Source of the DNA: Lama guanicoe
Lineage: Eukaryota
Direction: 5' to 3'
NCBI GenBank assembly: GCA_013239625.1
Contig: MU054391.1
Span: 6,097,824-6,157,823, forward strand
Length of the DNA: 60,000 bases
The position numbers and the translations under genes are program-made. The notes beneath the pieces are model-generated. The model ran no database searches. It saw nothing but the letters and a program-made list of their open reading frames with translations, and was not told the origin of the DNA. Of this stretch, positions 1-11,589 are shown in pieces (position 1 is the first letter of the stretch; each line of letters begins with the position of its first letter).

Positions 1-187
1 GACTGTCCAGTTGTTCCAGCACCACTTGTCAAAAAGACACATCTTTCTCCCATTGAATTTTCACAGCACCCTTGTCCAAAACCATAAATGTGAGGGTTTA
101 TTTCTGGACTTCCGATTTTATTCCATTAGTCTACGTATCTATCCTTACGCCAGTACCACGCTGTCTTGATTACTGCAGCTTTGAGGT
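1..187 (-). mobile_element. LINE-1 ORF2 fragment (old L1M-type), truncated by window edge
   Basis: TTGTTCCAGCACCACTTGT...GGGTTTATTTCTGGACT...CCAGTACCACGCTGTCTTGATTACTGCAGCTTT resembles the antisense strand of the L1 ORF2 3' region. Confidence 0.85.
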
Positions 188-254
188 AATGACATAGTTC
201 CCAGATGTAAATTAGAAAGCACATTTCCTGGTTGCCTCAGAGGAGTGTCTAGGC

Positions 255-532
255 CAGTGGTTTTCAAAGTGTGGTCTCCAGTTAGAGATGCAAATTCTGG
301 GGGAAAGAAGTTGCTCAGAGGTAGAGCACATGCTTAGCATGCTCATGGGCCTGAGTTCAATCCCCAATACCTCCATTAAACAGACAAAAAACTCAAAACA
401 AGAGAGGGAAATGCAAATTCTCAGGTAACACCCCTTTGTGAATCAGAATCTCTGTGGGGTGGGACCTGGCAGTCTATGTTTCTACAAACTCTTTTCGGGA
501 TTCTGATGTGCATTAACGTTTGGCATCCACTG
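255..532. mobile_element. MER5A/B-like hAT-Charlie MITE interrupted by a SINE
   Basis: Termini CAGTGGTTTTCAAAG...GTTTGGCATCCACTG. Internal AATGCAAATTCTCAGG...GAATCAGAATCTCTG. Flanks GTCTAGGC and GTCTATAT resemble the 8-bp Charlie target site. Confidence 0.8.
299..406 (+). mobile_element. tRNA-Ala-derived SINE (camelid Vic-1-like), diverged copy
   Basis: TTGCTCAGAGGTAGAGCACATGCTTAGCATGC...GAGTTCAATCCCCAATACCTCCA plus A-rich tail. TSD AGAGATGCAAATTCT (284-298) / GGAAATGCAAATTCT (407-421). Confidence 0.9.
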
Positions 533-540
533 GTCTATAT

Positions 541-842
541 CTGCACCATCCACATGATAACCACCAGCCACACACTGCACTTGAATTGCAGCCAGTCCAA
601 ACTGAGATGTACTGTTAAGTATAGAACACACACTGAATTTCAAAGACTTAGTGTAAAAAAAAGAACGCAAAATATGTCATTCATAATTTTTAGATTGATT
701 ACAGGTTGAAGTAATATTTTCTATAGATTGGATTAAAGAAAATGTATCATTAAGATTAATTTCATCTGTGCCACTTTACTTTTAAAAATGTGCCTACATA
801 TGTGGGTTGTGCTTTCTTTTTGTTGGAATTTGGACAGTGTTG
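541..842. mobile_element. MER33-like hAT-Charlie DNA transposon fossil
   Basis: CAGTCCAAACTGAGATGTACTGTTAAGTATAGAACACACACTGAATTTCAAAGACTTAGT...TTGGACAGTGTTG resembles the MER33/MER3 consensus. Confidence 0.75.
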
Positions 843-1494
843 GGGGGGAAGAAGAAATGAGAGACGCGCCGGGCTGCGGGGGTGTCATTCCACCCTAGGT
901 TAGTTGTCGAACTGTTTCAGGCAGACACTCGCAGATCGTCCTGCTCAGGGCATGTACCAATTTCCCAGGCACCAGGAACTCTATTTCCCAGTAAAGAATC
1001 CACTGGGAGCCGAGCTGGAAAAGCAAGCAGCCTTTTCTGGTTCGAACTGGTTTGAAACAGAGGTCCAAGCCGCTGTTTGTTTGGCTTTGGGTTTTGTGCT
1101 TTCTAGGGAGCGCTATGCAGCCAAACAGACTCTGGGCTGCTCCCGCATCCTTCACTGACATGGGAAAGGTGTTAGGCCGGGTGGGCAGAGCCCTGGGCTG
1201 GGGCTTCGGCCTTACCAGTGGCTGCTGCCCTGGTGCCCCCTCCAGCACGGGGTAACCCCGTTATCCGTGGGTCATCTAGCGCACGGATACAGCCCTCTTC
1301 CATTCCGCTCTGCAAACCAATGACGAGCATCTGCCCTGGGGGCCCTGGTGCAAACCTCCCACCTCTCCTTGTGGAGCAACGGCTTCAAGATCAACACTCC
1401 AAAGTCCCCAGCCTGCATGGCAACAGGGAACAAAGCCATTTCCTATTTTCTGGGGCATTTGACCCCCTCTCCCTGCAACAACTTGAGGGCAGAG

Positions 1495-1590
1495 CACCTG
1501 TGAGGAAAGGAGCTCAGAGAGGGCAGGTGTCTTGATCAGGTGGCACAGCTAAAATATGTCAGAGCCAGGACTGGAACCCAGGTCTCCTGG
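1495..1590 (-). mobile_element. MIR SINE fragment
   Basis: GAGGAAAGGAGCTCAGAGAGGGCAGGTGTCTTG...CACAGCT...AGAGCCAGGACTGGAACCCAGGTCT is the antisense MIR core. Confidence 0.7.
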
Positions 1591-2849
1591 CAGACTCACC
1601 GGGGTGGGTTTCTTTCTGTGTTGGTACTGAGTCAGCCAGCCTCCCATGATGTGGAGGAGGCCGATGAAGGTGACATACTGACCTTTTACTGAGTCTCTCC
1701 CATACTATGGGCCCTGTACATACATGGCCTCTTTTAGTCCAAGGGAGATATTAATATCCACACTTTACAGATTAGGAAATTAGAACCCTGGATTAGGGGT
1801 CTGGTAGTGTTGCTGAAGAGAATGTTCTAGGCTTGCTAAAGGAGAGAGAAGGAAGAGGGAGGAGTGAATGAGGGAAAACTTAATTTTTTTTTTGAGAACA
1901 CCCAGTGTTGCTCAGTTAAGCATCTCCACCACCCCATGAAGTAGGTTAAGAGGTACAGTGAGTTTCAGGGACCTCTCCACAGTCCTGATGTGAGTGACTG
2001 CAGGAGCTGGAAGTTGCCTCCAGGTCTGCCTGACCTGGAATCCTGCCCAATTTCCTCTGCACCTCAGAGCGGGAAGCTTTGGTGATGATGGGCTAGGCGC
2101 CGGGCTCCTGAGCCCTCACCGGCAGCCAGGATCCCTGCCACACCCTCGCCCTGCTCCCTGGAAGCCAGGCTTGCAGAGGGGTCAGGGAGCAGGGGCCAGA
2201 GGGCAATGCACTGGTCAGGGAACAATTCAGTCCATAGCAGGGCGGTTTCTCTAGGAGGAGGGACACTCTAGTTTGTCTTGATCCCCTGGAGCTTGTAAGG
2301 ATGCAGGGGAAAGGGGAATCCATCAGAATGTGCCCTGAGTCACATTCTCTGGGTGACAGCCTCTGCTTCAGGGGCCGTCACAAACACTCTGGACCCCAGG
2401 GATAAGCAAGATGGCCTAGTAATTCACTGTCCCCACCCCTGATCATCTACTGCCAGGAGCAGGAGCCAGTGATTCTTATTGCTGGTGCTGTCAGTGAGTT
2501 TTCCGCTTGTTTCCTCGGCCTTGAGCTTCTGGGGTCAGGAGGAGGGCGGGCAGCCTGAGGATCCATCTCGGGTCTAAGGGAGCATCGCCCATTCTATTCC
2601 TGGCAGCCACACTGTAATTGCAAATAAAACAGTGAGAGAACTAAAGAGGACGTGGAGACAAACTGGCCTCCACTTCCTCAAACATTCAAGAGCAGAAGTT
2701 TGTGAGGCAGAACCTCATTTCTTTGAAGGACCTCCCTAGTAGGGTACTCACTCAAGTTCATCACAATACTACAAATCATTGTTTGTTTGTTTGTTTGTCT
2801 TTTTAAGCAGTATTTTTTCCAGTGCCTGTGTGGACCCAGCATAGTGACA

Positions 2850-3010
2850 TTGAGTCTGGCTTTAAACCTGGCTGTCACTGATTCTATTGTGCAAACTTGG
2901 ACATTGCATTTCTTTAAGCAGAGGTGTCCTCATCTGTAAAATGTGGAAATAATCTCAAGAATGTTAGCAATAACATATGTAAAAGTGTTTCAAAAACATC
3001 ATAAAACTAA
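2850..3010 (+). mobile_element. MIR SINE fragment
   Basis: CTGGCTTTAAACCTGGCTGTCACT...CCTCATCTGTAAAATG...ACATATGTAAAAGTG matches the MIR core. Confidence 0.65.
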
Positions 3011-3092
3011 GTCAGATATTATCAAGAATAATCAGTCATTCCTGCCTTTAAGTGTTTACAGCCATCACATGGAAGGCAAACTGTATGGCACC

Positions 3093-3526
3093 TGTGAGGT
3101 GTTGAATTGTTCCCCCATAAAAACTTTGAAGTCCTAGCCCCTGACACCTGTGAAGATGATGTTATTTAGAAATAAGGTCTTAGTGGCTGATAAAGTGAGG
3201 TCATTAGGATGAGCTCTAATCCAATGTGACTGGTATCCTTATAAAAAGGGAAAATTTGGACACAGAGACAGATACACACAGAGGGAAGATGAGGTGAAGA
3301 TACAGGGAGAAGACAGCCACCTAAAAGCCAAGAAACCACCAAGGCTACAGAAGTTGGGGGAGCAGCCTGAATCAGATTCTCCCTCTTAGCCCTCAGAAAG
3401 AACCAGCTCTGCTGACACCTTGATCTTGGACACTCAGCGTCCAGAACTCTGAGACAATAAATATCTGTCTTTTAAGCACCCCAGTTTGTGGCATTTTGTT
3501 ACGGCAGCTCCAGGACACTAATGTCA
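3093..3526 (+). mobile_element. MaLR solo LTR (MLT1B/MLT1C-like)
   Basis: TG...CA ends. Diagnostic CTAATCCAATGTGACTGGTATCCTTATAAAAAGGGAAAATTTGGACACAGAGAC, CCAGAACTCTGAGACAATAAAT and TTTGTTACGGCAGC. Confidence 0.9.
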
Positions 3527-4143
3527 CACCTTACCCTAGATTTGCTTTCTTACGTTACATGCTTGAGTTTATTAAATCCGCAAGTATTTGTTGAGTGACT
3601 CCTATGTGCTCTCCCCCCACTAAGCTGCATAAGGAGTACTGAGGGAGCAGCAGACACAGAAAGGAAGGTTCCAGGTTGTATCTCACCTCAGGGAGAACAC
3701 GCCTTCCTTAGAAGTTCAGAGATGGAAGAAGTCTACCTGAGCTGAGGGATGGAGGGCCAGCAGGAGCTGAACTGAGCCTGGAGGGACAGGAAGGTTCCAG
3801 ATTGGTGGGCAGACAGGGGAAGCGATGCTGGGTGAGAGAAGAGCCCAGGCAAAGGCAGGAGGTCCACAGGAGAGGTGGGGCCGGGGGACCCGCCCCCTTG
3901 GCTTTTGTGCTTTCCCAGGCTTTCCAGTCCTCCACTCCGCCTCTCCCCAGTGTCTACCATGCTGTCCCCTCCTCCTTATCTTTCCAGGCTTAGCAAGATT
4001 GTCACCTGCTCTGTGAGCCTCTTCTGAGCCGGTTTTCCATGTGAACATGGCTGGTCATAGCTCAGCCCTTGATGACAGTGACTCTTGTGCTTTTGTGGAC
4101 ATCTGTGGCCCTGTGACGGAGCTTCAGAGAAATATTCTGATTT

Positions 4144-4562
4144 TGTAGCAGAGACTTTGCCATGAGCTTACCAAAGTGACTGTTTTCTCCTGAGCACACA
4201 GGAAGACTAATTCCCAGACCCCTTGCATTCAGGTGGGACCCTGGGGCTATATGCTGGTCAGTGAATGTGGCGGATGTGATGTGTGTCTCACGCTGCCCTG
4301 GCTCCTAGGACCCCTGAGACCCCCAGCTGGCGCTCCCTTCCTCTCTCCTTTCTGGCTGGTAGTGGGGGTGGGGTGGGCAGTGGAAGCTTCAGAGGCCCTG
4401 AAAGGAGGGTGGTGGAATCTCTAGGTGGAAGAGGCTGGGGTTCCTGAATGCCTGTACGGAGTCCTCCCTATACCCTCCGACCTGCATTGAACTGCACCCT
4501 GAGTGCAGAGTGGGATTGTTAAGTGTGACCACAGCAGACCATAATCTGCCCTGACTAACCCA
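4144..4562 (+). mobile_element. Old LTR (LTR16/MLT1-type, ERVL or MaLR)
   Basis: Starts TGTAGCAGAGAC; TTCCCAGACCCCTTGCA...GAATGTGGCGGATGTGATGTGTG; ends CCCTGACTAACC. Subfamily uncertain. Confidence 0.55.
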
Positions 4563-5384
4563 GGCTGATAGGCCTGGGCTGGGCTTCTCACTGAGGGCAC
4601 CTCACCTGTACCACAACCCTCTACATGGAAATGCTACCAGATGCCTGTGTAATGACCTTGGCTACTGTCTCTGCTGAGAAGGAAAGATGGAACCCCTGGG
4701 TACCAGAGCTGGTCCATATGACATCACACCAACCCGGTCCTGTCTTGCTCACAGTCATTGGAACATTTAACACTTGATGCAGGGCTGCCGAGGAGACTAA
4801 CTCCTTCTGGGTTTAGTTTTGTCACTTGCCTGAGGGAGGGGTCTGGGCTCAGACCACCTTGCCTGCCAGCCCCCAGCCAACTCCCCCCAAAGCCGCCCAC
4901 CTCCATTCTCTCTGCAGCATCCTGTGTAGTGGGAGTTCACTCACTGCTTTTGTGGAGGAGGATTTGATGGAGGATTTGAGTTTTCCCCTGGAGACGCTAG
5001 AAAGACAGTTTGTCGCAGCCTAACACTAACGCCCAGCTCCACATTTGTGGCTGTTTCTGTGGTTACCTTTCTTCGGGGATGTTTGGGGTGGGTGGTGATG
5101 GTAGTGGTGGGGGTGTGTACATATTTGCTCTTCTAGGACCCAGATTTTCTGGGGCTGCTGGCAGGGGCCCTGGGAAGCACAGACCGAGTCTTGTCTGCTA
5201 GCTGCCCATGCAAGTGCCATCACAGGGGGACTGAAAGAAGTCGGCAGGATACACTGGCCCGCCTCCCGCTGAGACCCAGGACACGGTTCCCAGGGACTGA
5301 GATGTCAACAAAGTCCCTTCCTCAGCAGAGACTAAACTCCCACGGCACGTTATGGAGGGAAGGGCCCAAAGAAGCCCGTTCCTC

Positions 5385-5490
5385 CTCCCATCCATTATAC
5401 AGGTGGGGAAACTGAGGCCAAGAGAGGCTAAGGGATTTGTCAAAATGGCCTAGAGTTAGAAAGAGCCACCAGAGGTGGAACCCAAGCCGC
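5385..5490 (-). mobile_element. MIR SINE fragment
   Basis: CCATTATACAGGTGGGGAAACTGAGGCCAAGAGAGGCTAAGGGATTTG is the antisense MIR core. Confidence 0.75.
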
Positions 5491-5900
5491 CCTCCTTTCG
5501 GCCCGGGCTCCTCTCCTGAACGAGGTGCAGGAAGGCTGGTGAGATCTGCTCATGGGACGGGCCGTACAGACATCAGAGGGGCTTAGCAGGCGGCCTGGGG
5601 CGACTCCGGCCTCTTCCTCTTCTGGGCCACCCGGGCTGCACTTCCTGCAGAGGAAACGGGAGGCGGGGAAGAGGGTGCGGGGCCGGACCTTCCCGGGCAC
5701 CGCCTCCAGGCCTCTCCCACACCCTCAGACCAGAGGCCAAAGGTTAGAAGGCGGAACCGTTGGTGCTTGGCGCCGCCCCTGCCCCGAAATCCCCTCGGGG
5801 CAGGGACCGGGTCTAGGCCTCCGCTGGGCGGAGAGGCGCGAGAGAGGAGCCAGGAGCCAGGGTGGAGACTGCCGATGCCGGGCGCGGTGAGAGCCAGAAA

Positions 5901-6060
5901 GGGGCGTGGTTAGGGATGGGGGCGTGGCCGGAGCGGGGGTCTACAGGCGGAGCTAAATTTGGGGGCGTGGTCGACGCGGGGGCGGGTCCACAGGAAATGT
6001 AAGCGCCCGCCCCGGCGGTGCACCCCGCCTCCAGTCCCCGCCTCCGGGCCCCGCCTTCGC
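5901..6060 (+). promoter_or_regulatory. TATA-less core/proximal promoter with Sp/KLF GC boxes and an ETS site
   Basis: GGGGCGTGG at 5901, 5919 and 5962. GGGGGCGGG at 5978. CAGGAAAT at 5991. Three CCCCGCC between 6023 and 6056. No TATA box. Confidence 0.75.
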
Positions 6061-6364
6061 GTCCCTTCCTTCCCCCGGCTGGCAGGCGGGCCGCGGCGAC
6101 TGCAGGCGGCGGACTGGCGGACCAGCGGACAGGCGGGCGCCTCCACCTCGCTCCCTCCCTCACTGACGGCTTCCTTTTGTCTTTCTGGGAGGCGATGAGC
6201 ACAGGGCCGGCGCGGCGGCTGCGGGCGCACGGAGGCCCTCGCTCCTAGCCACCCTTCCCGGACTCGACGCGCTAGTCCCTGGCAGCGGCCCGCGCTCGCC
6301 CCAGCGCCGGCGGCGCGGAACTTGGGCTCGGGGAGCCGGCGGATCGCGTCCTGCTCCGGAGCAG
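6060..6364 (+). other. Probable first (5' UTR) exon of a + strand Pol II gene; TSS approximate
   Basis: GC-rich segment just downstream of the GC boxes, ending at donor CAG|GTAGGG (6364/6365) and followed by GT-rich intron-like DNA. Its only ATG opens a short ORF that closes inside the exon. Gene identity not established. Confidence 0.7.
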
Positions 6365-7003
6365 GTAGGGAAGGGGCGGGCTACTGGGCTTGTGCACCGG
6401 CGTGCGCTGCGATCGGGCTCTCAGCGTGTGTATGTGCGTGTGTGTTGAGGGGGTTACTGTGTTTCCCTGCGCGATGGAGTTGTGAGTGACCGAGTACGTG
6501 GTATGTCTCTGGAATGGCGTGTCCTCGTGGGGATCCGTGTGTGCAGTTGAATGTACACATTTTGGGTTGCGTTTGTGGAATTGTGTGTCGGGGCGCAGTT
6601 GCTGGTGGGGACTGATAAGGGGAGGGTGTTGTGTGTGAACGGCTCTGCTTGGGGTGCGGGTGGCAGGGTGGGCGTGGGCGGTCCAGCCCTGAGCGCGGAG
6701 CCCCATGTCCCAGCCGGCCGGCGCAGTGCGGAGCTCCAGAGCCTGGGAGGACAGCTGGGATCCGAGAGGGCTAGCTCGGGTTTCGGGGGCAGCTCGGGGT
6801 AGCCCCTCCGGGAGACAGGTCAGTGCAGCCCAAGTGAGTCTCCTGTGCGCTCTGGCCAGGGGAGGGGGCCCGCGCGGCAGCCATCTGCTCCCTCTTCCCC
6901 AGGCCGAGGGGCGACAGACAGAGCCCTGCTGCGGAGTTAGGAGCCTTGGCATCGCCGTGACCCGCACTGCGACCTGGACCCGACACGCCACCTTCCCGGG
7001 CCG

Positions 7004-7121
7004 CGGTTTTCCTCTCTATCAGATGGGGACAGTTCCTCCCTCGGGGTCTGTCGTGACAGTTAAAAATGAGAACCACTAAAGATAGCTCTGGGCCCAGTGC
7101 CTGGCGCATAGTAGGTGTTAT
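7004..7121 (+). mobile_element. MIR SINE fragment inside the CpG island
   Basis: CGGTTTTCCTCTCTATCAGATGGGGACAGT...CCAGTGCCTGGCGCATAGTAGGTG is the MIR 3' half. Confidence 0.7.
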
Positions 7122-7996
7122 GTTAATTGGATTAGCGTCTTTGTTTTTTAAAATGTTTTTTTTCCTTTATCGTGGGCGGAACTCTTGCGCCACACCACAC
7201 CACACCCTCGCCCCTCGCGCGTGTTTTGTGTTTCTCTCACCGCCCTAACTTAATCGCGAAGCACCGAGATTCGAGAAAGTTTAGGCTGCCGAGTGCGTCT
7301 CCTCTCCGCGGCACCTCCCGGGCGGCGCCGCCACGAATGTGTAGGAGCGCGCAGCGCGGGGCGCCGGCCCTGCTCCAGCCCTGAAGGCTCCCGCGCCCGA
7401 GCCAGGGTCCCTCTCCTGGCCGAAGGCAGAGGCTGCGAGAGGCGGGAGCCCTTTTGTTCAACAAGTGCCTAGTCCCCGGGGTGTGCAGCTCTGCTGAGAG
7501 CCACGGTGTGAAAGTGACACTCCCCACAGAGACGAACCCCGGGCTCCCAGGGCACCCCGCCGGACCTGGTCACGCTGAAGGCTGCCCCCTTTTCTTCACG
7601 GCCACCACCGATTACCCGCTAGGAGCATGTTTGCTAGGATAGCACGTCCTGCCTTGGGCCTTGAGATTGAACACCCTCCCCTCCGACCCCCGCCTCCACA
7701 GTCATCCTCCACCCCCTTGATTAGCCTTACAGCAGGAGACTAGTCCCACACCTTAATTTTTAAAATATTTAATTTCAAACCTACTACTCATTGAACTGCA
7801 GTGAATGTGCACACAGCTCTAACCACGATTCGCTCTCAGGCAGAGTTCCTGCCAGCTGCACCATAGCGCTTGCTCAGACCCAGCAGGGCCAGCTGGCCAG
7901 GGCTGCCCTGCTGCCGTCTGCCACAGCTAGTGATTCCTTCCCTCCCTCGCTGATTTCTTCATCTTGGGACTCTTCCCATTTCCGGGGCTGGGGTGT

Positions 7997-8111
7997 NNNN
8001 NNNNNNNNNNNNNNNNNNNNNNNNNNNNNNNNNNNNNNNNNNNNNNNNNNNNNNNNNNNNNNNNNNNNNNNNNNNNNNNNNNNNNNNNNNNNNNNNNNNN
8101 NNNNNNNNNNN
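7997..8111. other. Assembly gap (115 N)
   Basis: Run of N flanked on both sides by G-tracts. Confidence 1.
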
Positions 8112-11100
8112 CGGGGTGGGGGGGGTGAGGGGAACCTTCACCAAGGGAGCAGCTGACCTCATGGTACATGAGGTTCTCAAAATGAAGCTCTGGCATGGAA
8201 TGGACAGGGATGTTAGGAACATTGCGGGGCTGCGTCTGGGTCTGGGGTGCCTTTCCAAGTATGAGGTGTTCCAGGTGGGTATTCTCAAGGAAGCTGGAAT
8301 CCTGTGCAGGCTTTGATGACACAGGAGCAGAGAAACCTCTGGTTTGGATCCTTTGGTTTGTCTTCAGCCAGGACCAAAGCCCTGAGATCTCAGCAGTGAT
8401 GGCAGGGGAACCGAATAAGCTAAGTTGTCATCCTGATTTGGTGTCAGGGGCACATTTAGACTGCAACCTGCTTTTCCTGTTTCATAAAATGATTTTATAT
8501 CCCAGAGGAATAAAGGCTTTTGATCTGAATCCTATTCTCTTCCCCGTAATCAGATTCAATAATGATATTAAAAAAAAATCAGTCTGGCTTTCTCTGCTGA
8601 GAAGACAGACCAAAAGCTGTTTTATCCCCCTAGTTAAAACCAGCCCTTTGTCTCAAGGAAACCAATGTTTCGGCCCAAGATCGATTTATGTTTCACTTTT
8701 GAAAGCGTCTGTAATTACCAAACTCTTGAGGTTTTATTGGATAATGTGCCAGAGGGAAGGGCCAGGGGCTCTGCCTCCCGCTTGCCATGGGACGTGATGC
8801 CACATTCCAGCGTTGCCTGCTCCCTTTGGGTTCTGATTTTGTAACGTGGAAAATAGACGTCAACGTTCGACAGTAACTTGGGAAACTTGGCTTTGGGAAT
8901 CAGATGCCAAGAATAAGAATAAGTCAAAATCCCAGGAGAACAGAGATTTGCCCCAACTGTAGCCACTAACCCATTCATTTCCAGCGAGCCCTTCGAGAAA
9001 GAGAGACCCTAAGAGAAATAAAAAGCTTGGACAAATTCCTCTAGAATTTATCCTCATGTCCCTTTCTGGCCACAGGGCTGTGCAGAATTAGGGATACAAG
9101 CGACAGATGAGCGAGGAGTGGGCTCTCCTTGGCCCACACTCCCCAGTCTGGGCCTCGTACTCACCAAGCCCCATTTCTACCTAGAGCTGCTGTGGAGTGT
9201 CATCTGGGGAAGAGGTAGTGCCATCATCCGGGGCTCACACCTCCTTCCGTCAGGGATCCGCATGCACAGTTCCAAGGGTCACCATTCACATAAAATACCA
9301 AGGTGGGTGTTTGTGCATCGAGGTAGTCTGTCTCCTATAACTCAACAGGCCTTCCCCCCAAAACTTAATTCTAAGACCATGCGTTGCCACTTGTAAGTGG
9401 TGACGTGCCAAGGTCTGATCATCCAGGATAGTAATAAGGAGCCCCAGAATTTTTTGGCACCAAAAAGTAAGCTCCTTGGCAGCTGAAATTTTATCTAGGT
9501 TGGGGATTGGGTTTGTGTGAGAATTTAGCACTCCAGCAAGCCCTAAACCATGCTTGTTTGCTTGAGATAATGCTTCCATCGTATGAGTTGCCAGCCCAGG
9601 CTTGATGGGGGATTATGTGTATTTTGCTAGTTTGTCAGTCCTGATGTCATTGTGCTTGGGGTAGAGGGCACTTGTAGACTCTAATTATGCTCTGCTCTGA
9701 TACTTACCGTTCTCCCACATTCTCACTGGGTTTCTTTCACGTGTTCATGCCCACACGCAAGGCTGTGCATCTCTGCTTCTCACTCTTGTCCTCTTCCCTT
9801 TGAGTTGAATTTCTAATTAAGGGATGGCGGAGAGTAACTGTATATGGAGATAGCAGAGCGGGCTTCGGGGCTCTTGATGCCACTTGCCCCACAGAAAAGG
9901 ATGTTTCAAATCACTTTCTACCAAAAAAAAAATCCGCTGGAATATAATGGTGTGGGTTTAATGTAACTTCAGGTAATCAATACAGTTTGTCAAGTGGAAC
10001 ACTTCTTAGGCACTGAGCAAGGTGCAAGTCTAGAGAATTAAAAAAAATCTCCTGAAAAGCACAGTAAATCCTTTAAGAGAGCCCTATCTTGGTCATGTTG
10101 TTTCAAGTAAAATTGAATGTTAGAGGCAGGTCTGCATATCTTTGTGTTTATGAGGCGTGATTAACTAAAGACACTTTCTGAGAGACCTCAGGCACCTTCC
10201 CCTGCCTGCATCAGGGCAGCAAAGATGCTTTCTTTTACCGTTTCTTTTTTTTTTTTTTTTTCAGTCAGCCCAGTGCCCCCCCGGAAGTTTGATGTACAGC
10301 CCAGATTGGCAGGAAGCCAGGAGACTGGGGTGGGGGTTCCGGCATCAGCCCCATCTGCCTCATTAGATGAGAAGTCTTCTTGGAGGACCTAGTGATGGAT
10401 CTCTGACCCTTGGCTAAGAAACATTCAGGATTGTTCAATTCTTATTCCTTGGATAAAGCAGCCATGATCCTGAAGACAGGAAAAAAGCTTTTGAAGGTGT
10501 GTAATTCCCCTCTCAGAAGTCCTCACCGATTGCCAGAATACCCTGTTGCCCTAGCCGAAGTCTTCCCTTGCTCTGTGTCCCCTTCAGCAAGGGAGACCTC
10601 CCCTTGGTCAGGCACCTGCTCTCACGTCTGTGTGACGGCAGTGGCTCTCCCACAGCTCAGACCCAGTGCAGTTCGTTGTGTGGGCTCCGCATCACTACAC
10701 ATCAAAGCAGAGCCCAGAGAGCCCCCTCCACCTCACAGGGTTTCTGGCCCTTCCTCCTTCTTTCTCCATCAGTCCTCTGTGGCCCTGGTATTCCTCCTTA
10801 TCTCCACGCCACCTCTTCCCGACGCCCAGCAAAGCCCCATCCCTTAGCCTAGAGCTTGGCTTCCAGTTCCTTCTCTGCTGTCATCCTGTTGTCAGGTCAG
10901 TGTTTAAAACAGATTTCGTCATCTCCCTTTCCACCCCCGCCACCCGCTGGTTCATTCTCTTCCTCAGTAAGTTCTTCTGGAACACCTGCTGTGGCCTTGC
11001 TCCAAGCTGGGCCCTTAATGCTGGACACAGGCTTCATCCCCGCCCCCTCGAGCTTGGTCTTGGGCTGGTGGTGGGGAAACCATCAAACAAGTTGACACCT

Positions 11101-11324
11101 GCCCAGAAGGGCAGCTCTCACCCTGGGCTAGAGCCGCCTGGGCTAGAGCTGGCCTCCAGGAGAAGCATGTCTAAGCTTCTAAGCCGGCCTGGGAGGGGCT
11201 GCGGGCCTCTGGAGGGAGGCGGGGGCGTGGAGCGGCTGGAGGGTGAGACCAGGCCGGTGGGCACAGCGTCTGTCTGCTCTCCCACCCAGACTTAATTCAC
11301 TAAACTACTCAATCTGTAAAAAAA

Positions 11325-11525
11325 CTTTTTAACTAACAGCTTTATTGTGGTATAATTTACATATCATAAAGTGTACCCATTTAAAGTGTACTGCTCGATA
11401 CTTTTCAGTAAGCTTACAGAGTTGCGCAGCCGTCACTGCAGTCCCGCTTTAGAGCGGTTTATCCCCTTGCTGGGAAGCTCGCGTAACTGTCACTCCCTGT
11501 TGCCCCTCGGGCTGAGGAAGTAGCC
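11325..11525 (-). mobile_element. LINE-1 3' end fragment (L1MB/L1MC-like)
   Basis: CAGCTTTATTGTGGTATAATTTACATATCATAAAGTGTACCCATTTAAAGTGTAC is the antisense of an L1M 3' terminus with poly(A) signal. Confidence 0.8.
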
Positions 11526-11532
11526 AGTGCTA

Positions 11533-11589
11533 GTGCGTGTGTGCGTGTGCGCGTGTGTGCGTGTGTGCGCGCGTGTGTGCGTGTGTGCG
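11533..11589. repeat. Mixed (GT)n/(GC)n alternating purine-pyrimidine microsatellite
   Basis: 57 nt, GTGCGTGTGTGCGTGTGCGCGTG..., with G at every second position. Confidence 0.95.

Larger units (their letters stand above)
5590..7420. promoter_or_regulatory. CpG island spanning promoter, first exon and start of intron 1
   Basis: Very high GC content and dense undepleted CpG compared with the CpG-poor flanks. Boundaries estimated by eye. Confidence 0.9.

Noticed and set aside
5466..5481. CTCF-like GCCACCAGAGGTGG (also a similar site near 33628)
   Set aside because: Mismatches the conserved GGC end of the CTCF core and lies in repeat-derived sequence. Not supportable without a PWM scan.
6272..6991. 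239-aa - strand ORF and other ORFs across the CpG island
   Set aside because: Stop codons are scarce in CpG islands, and there is no homology or coding-like composition.
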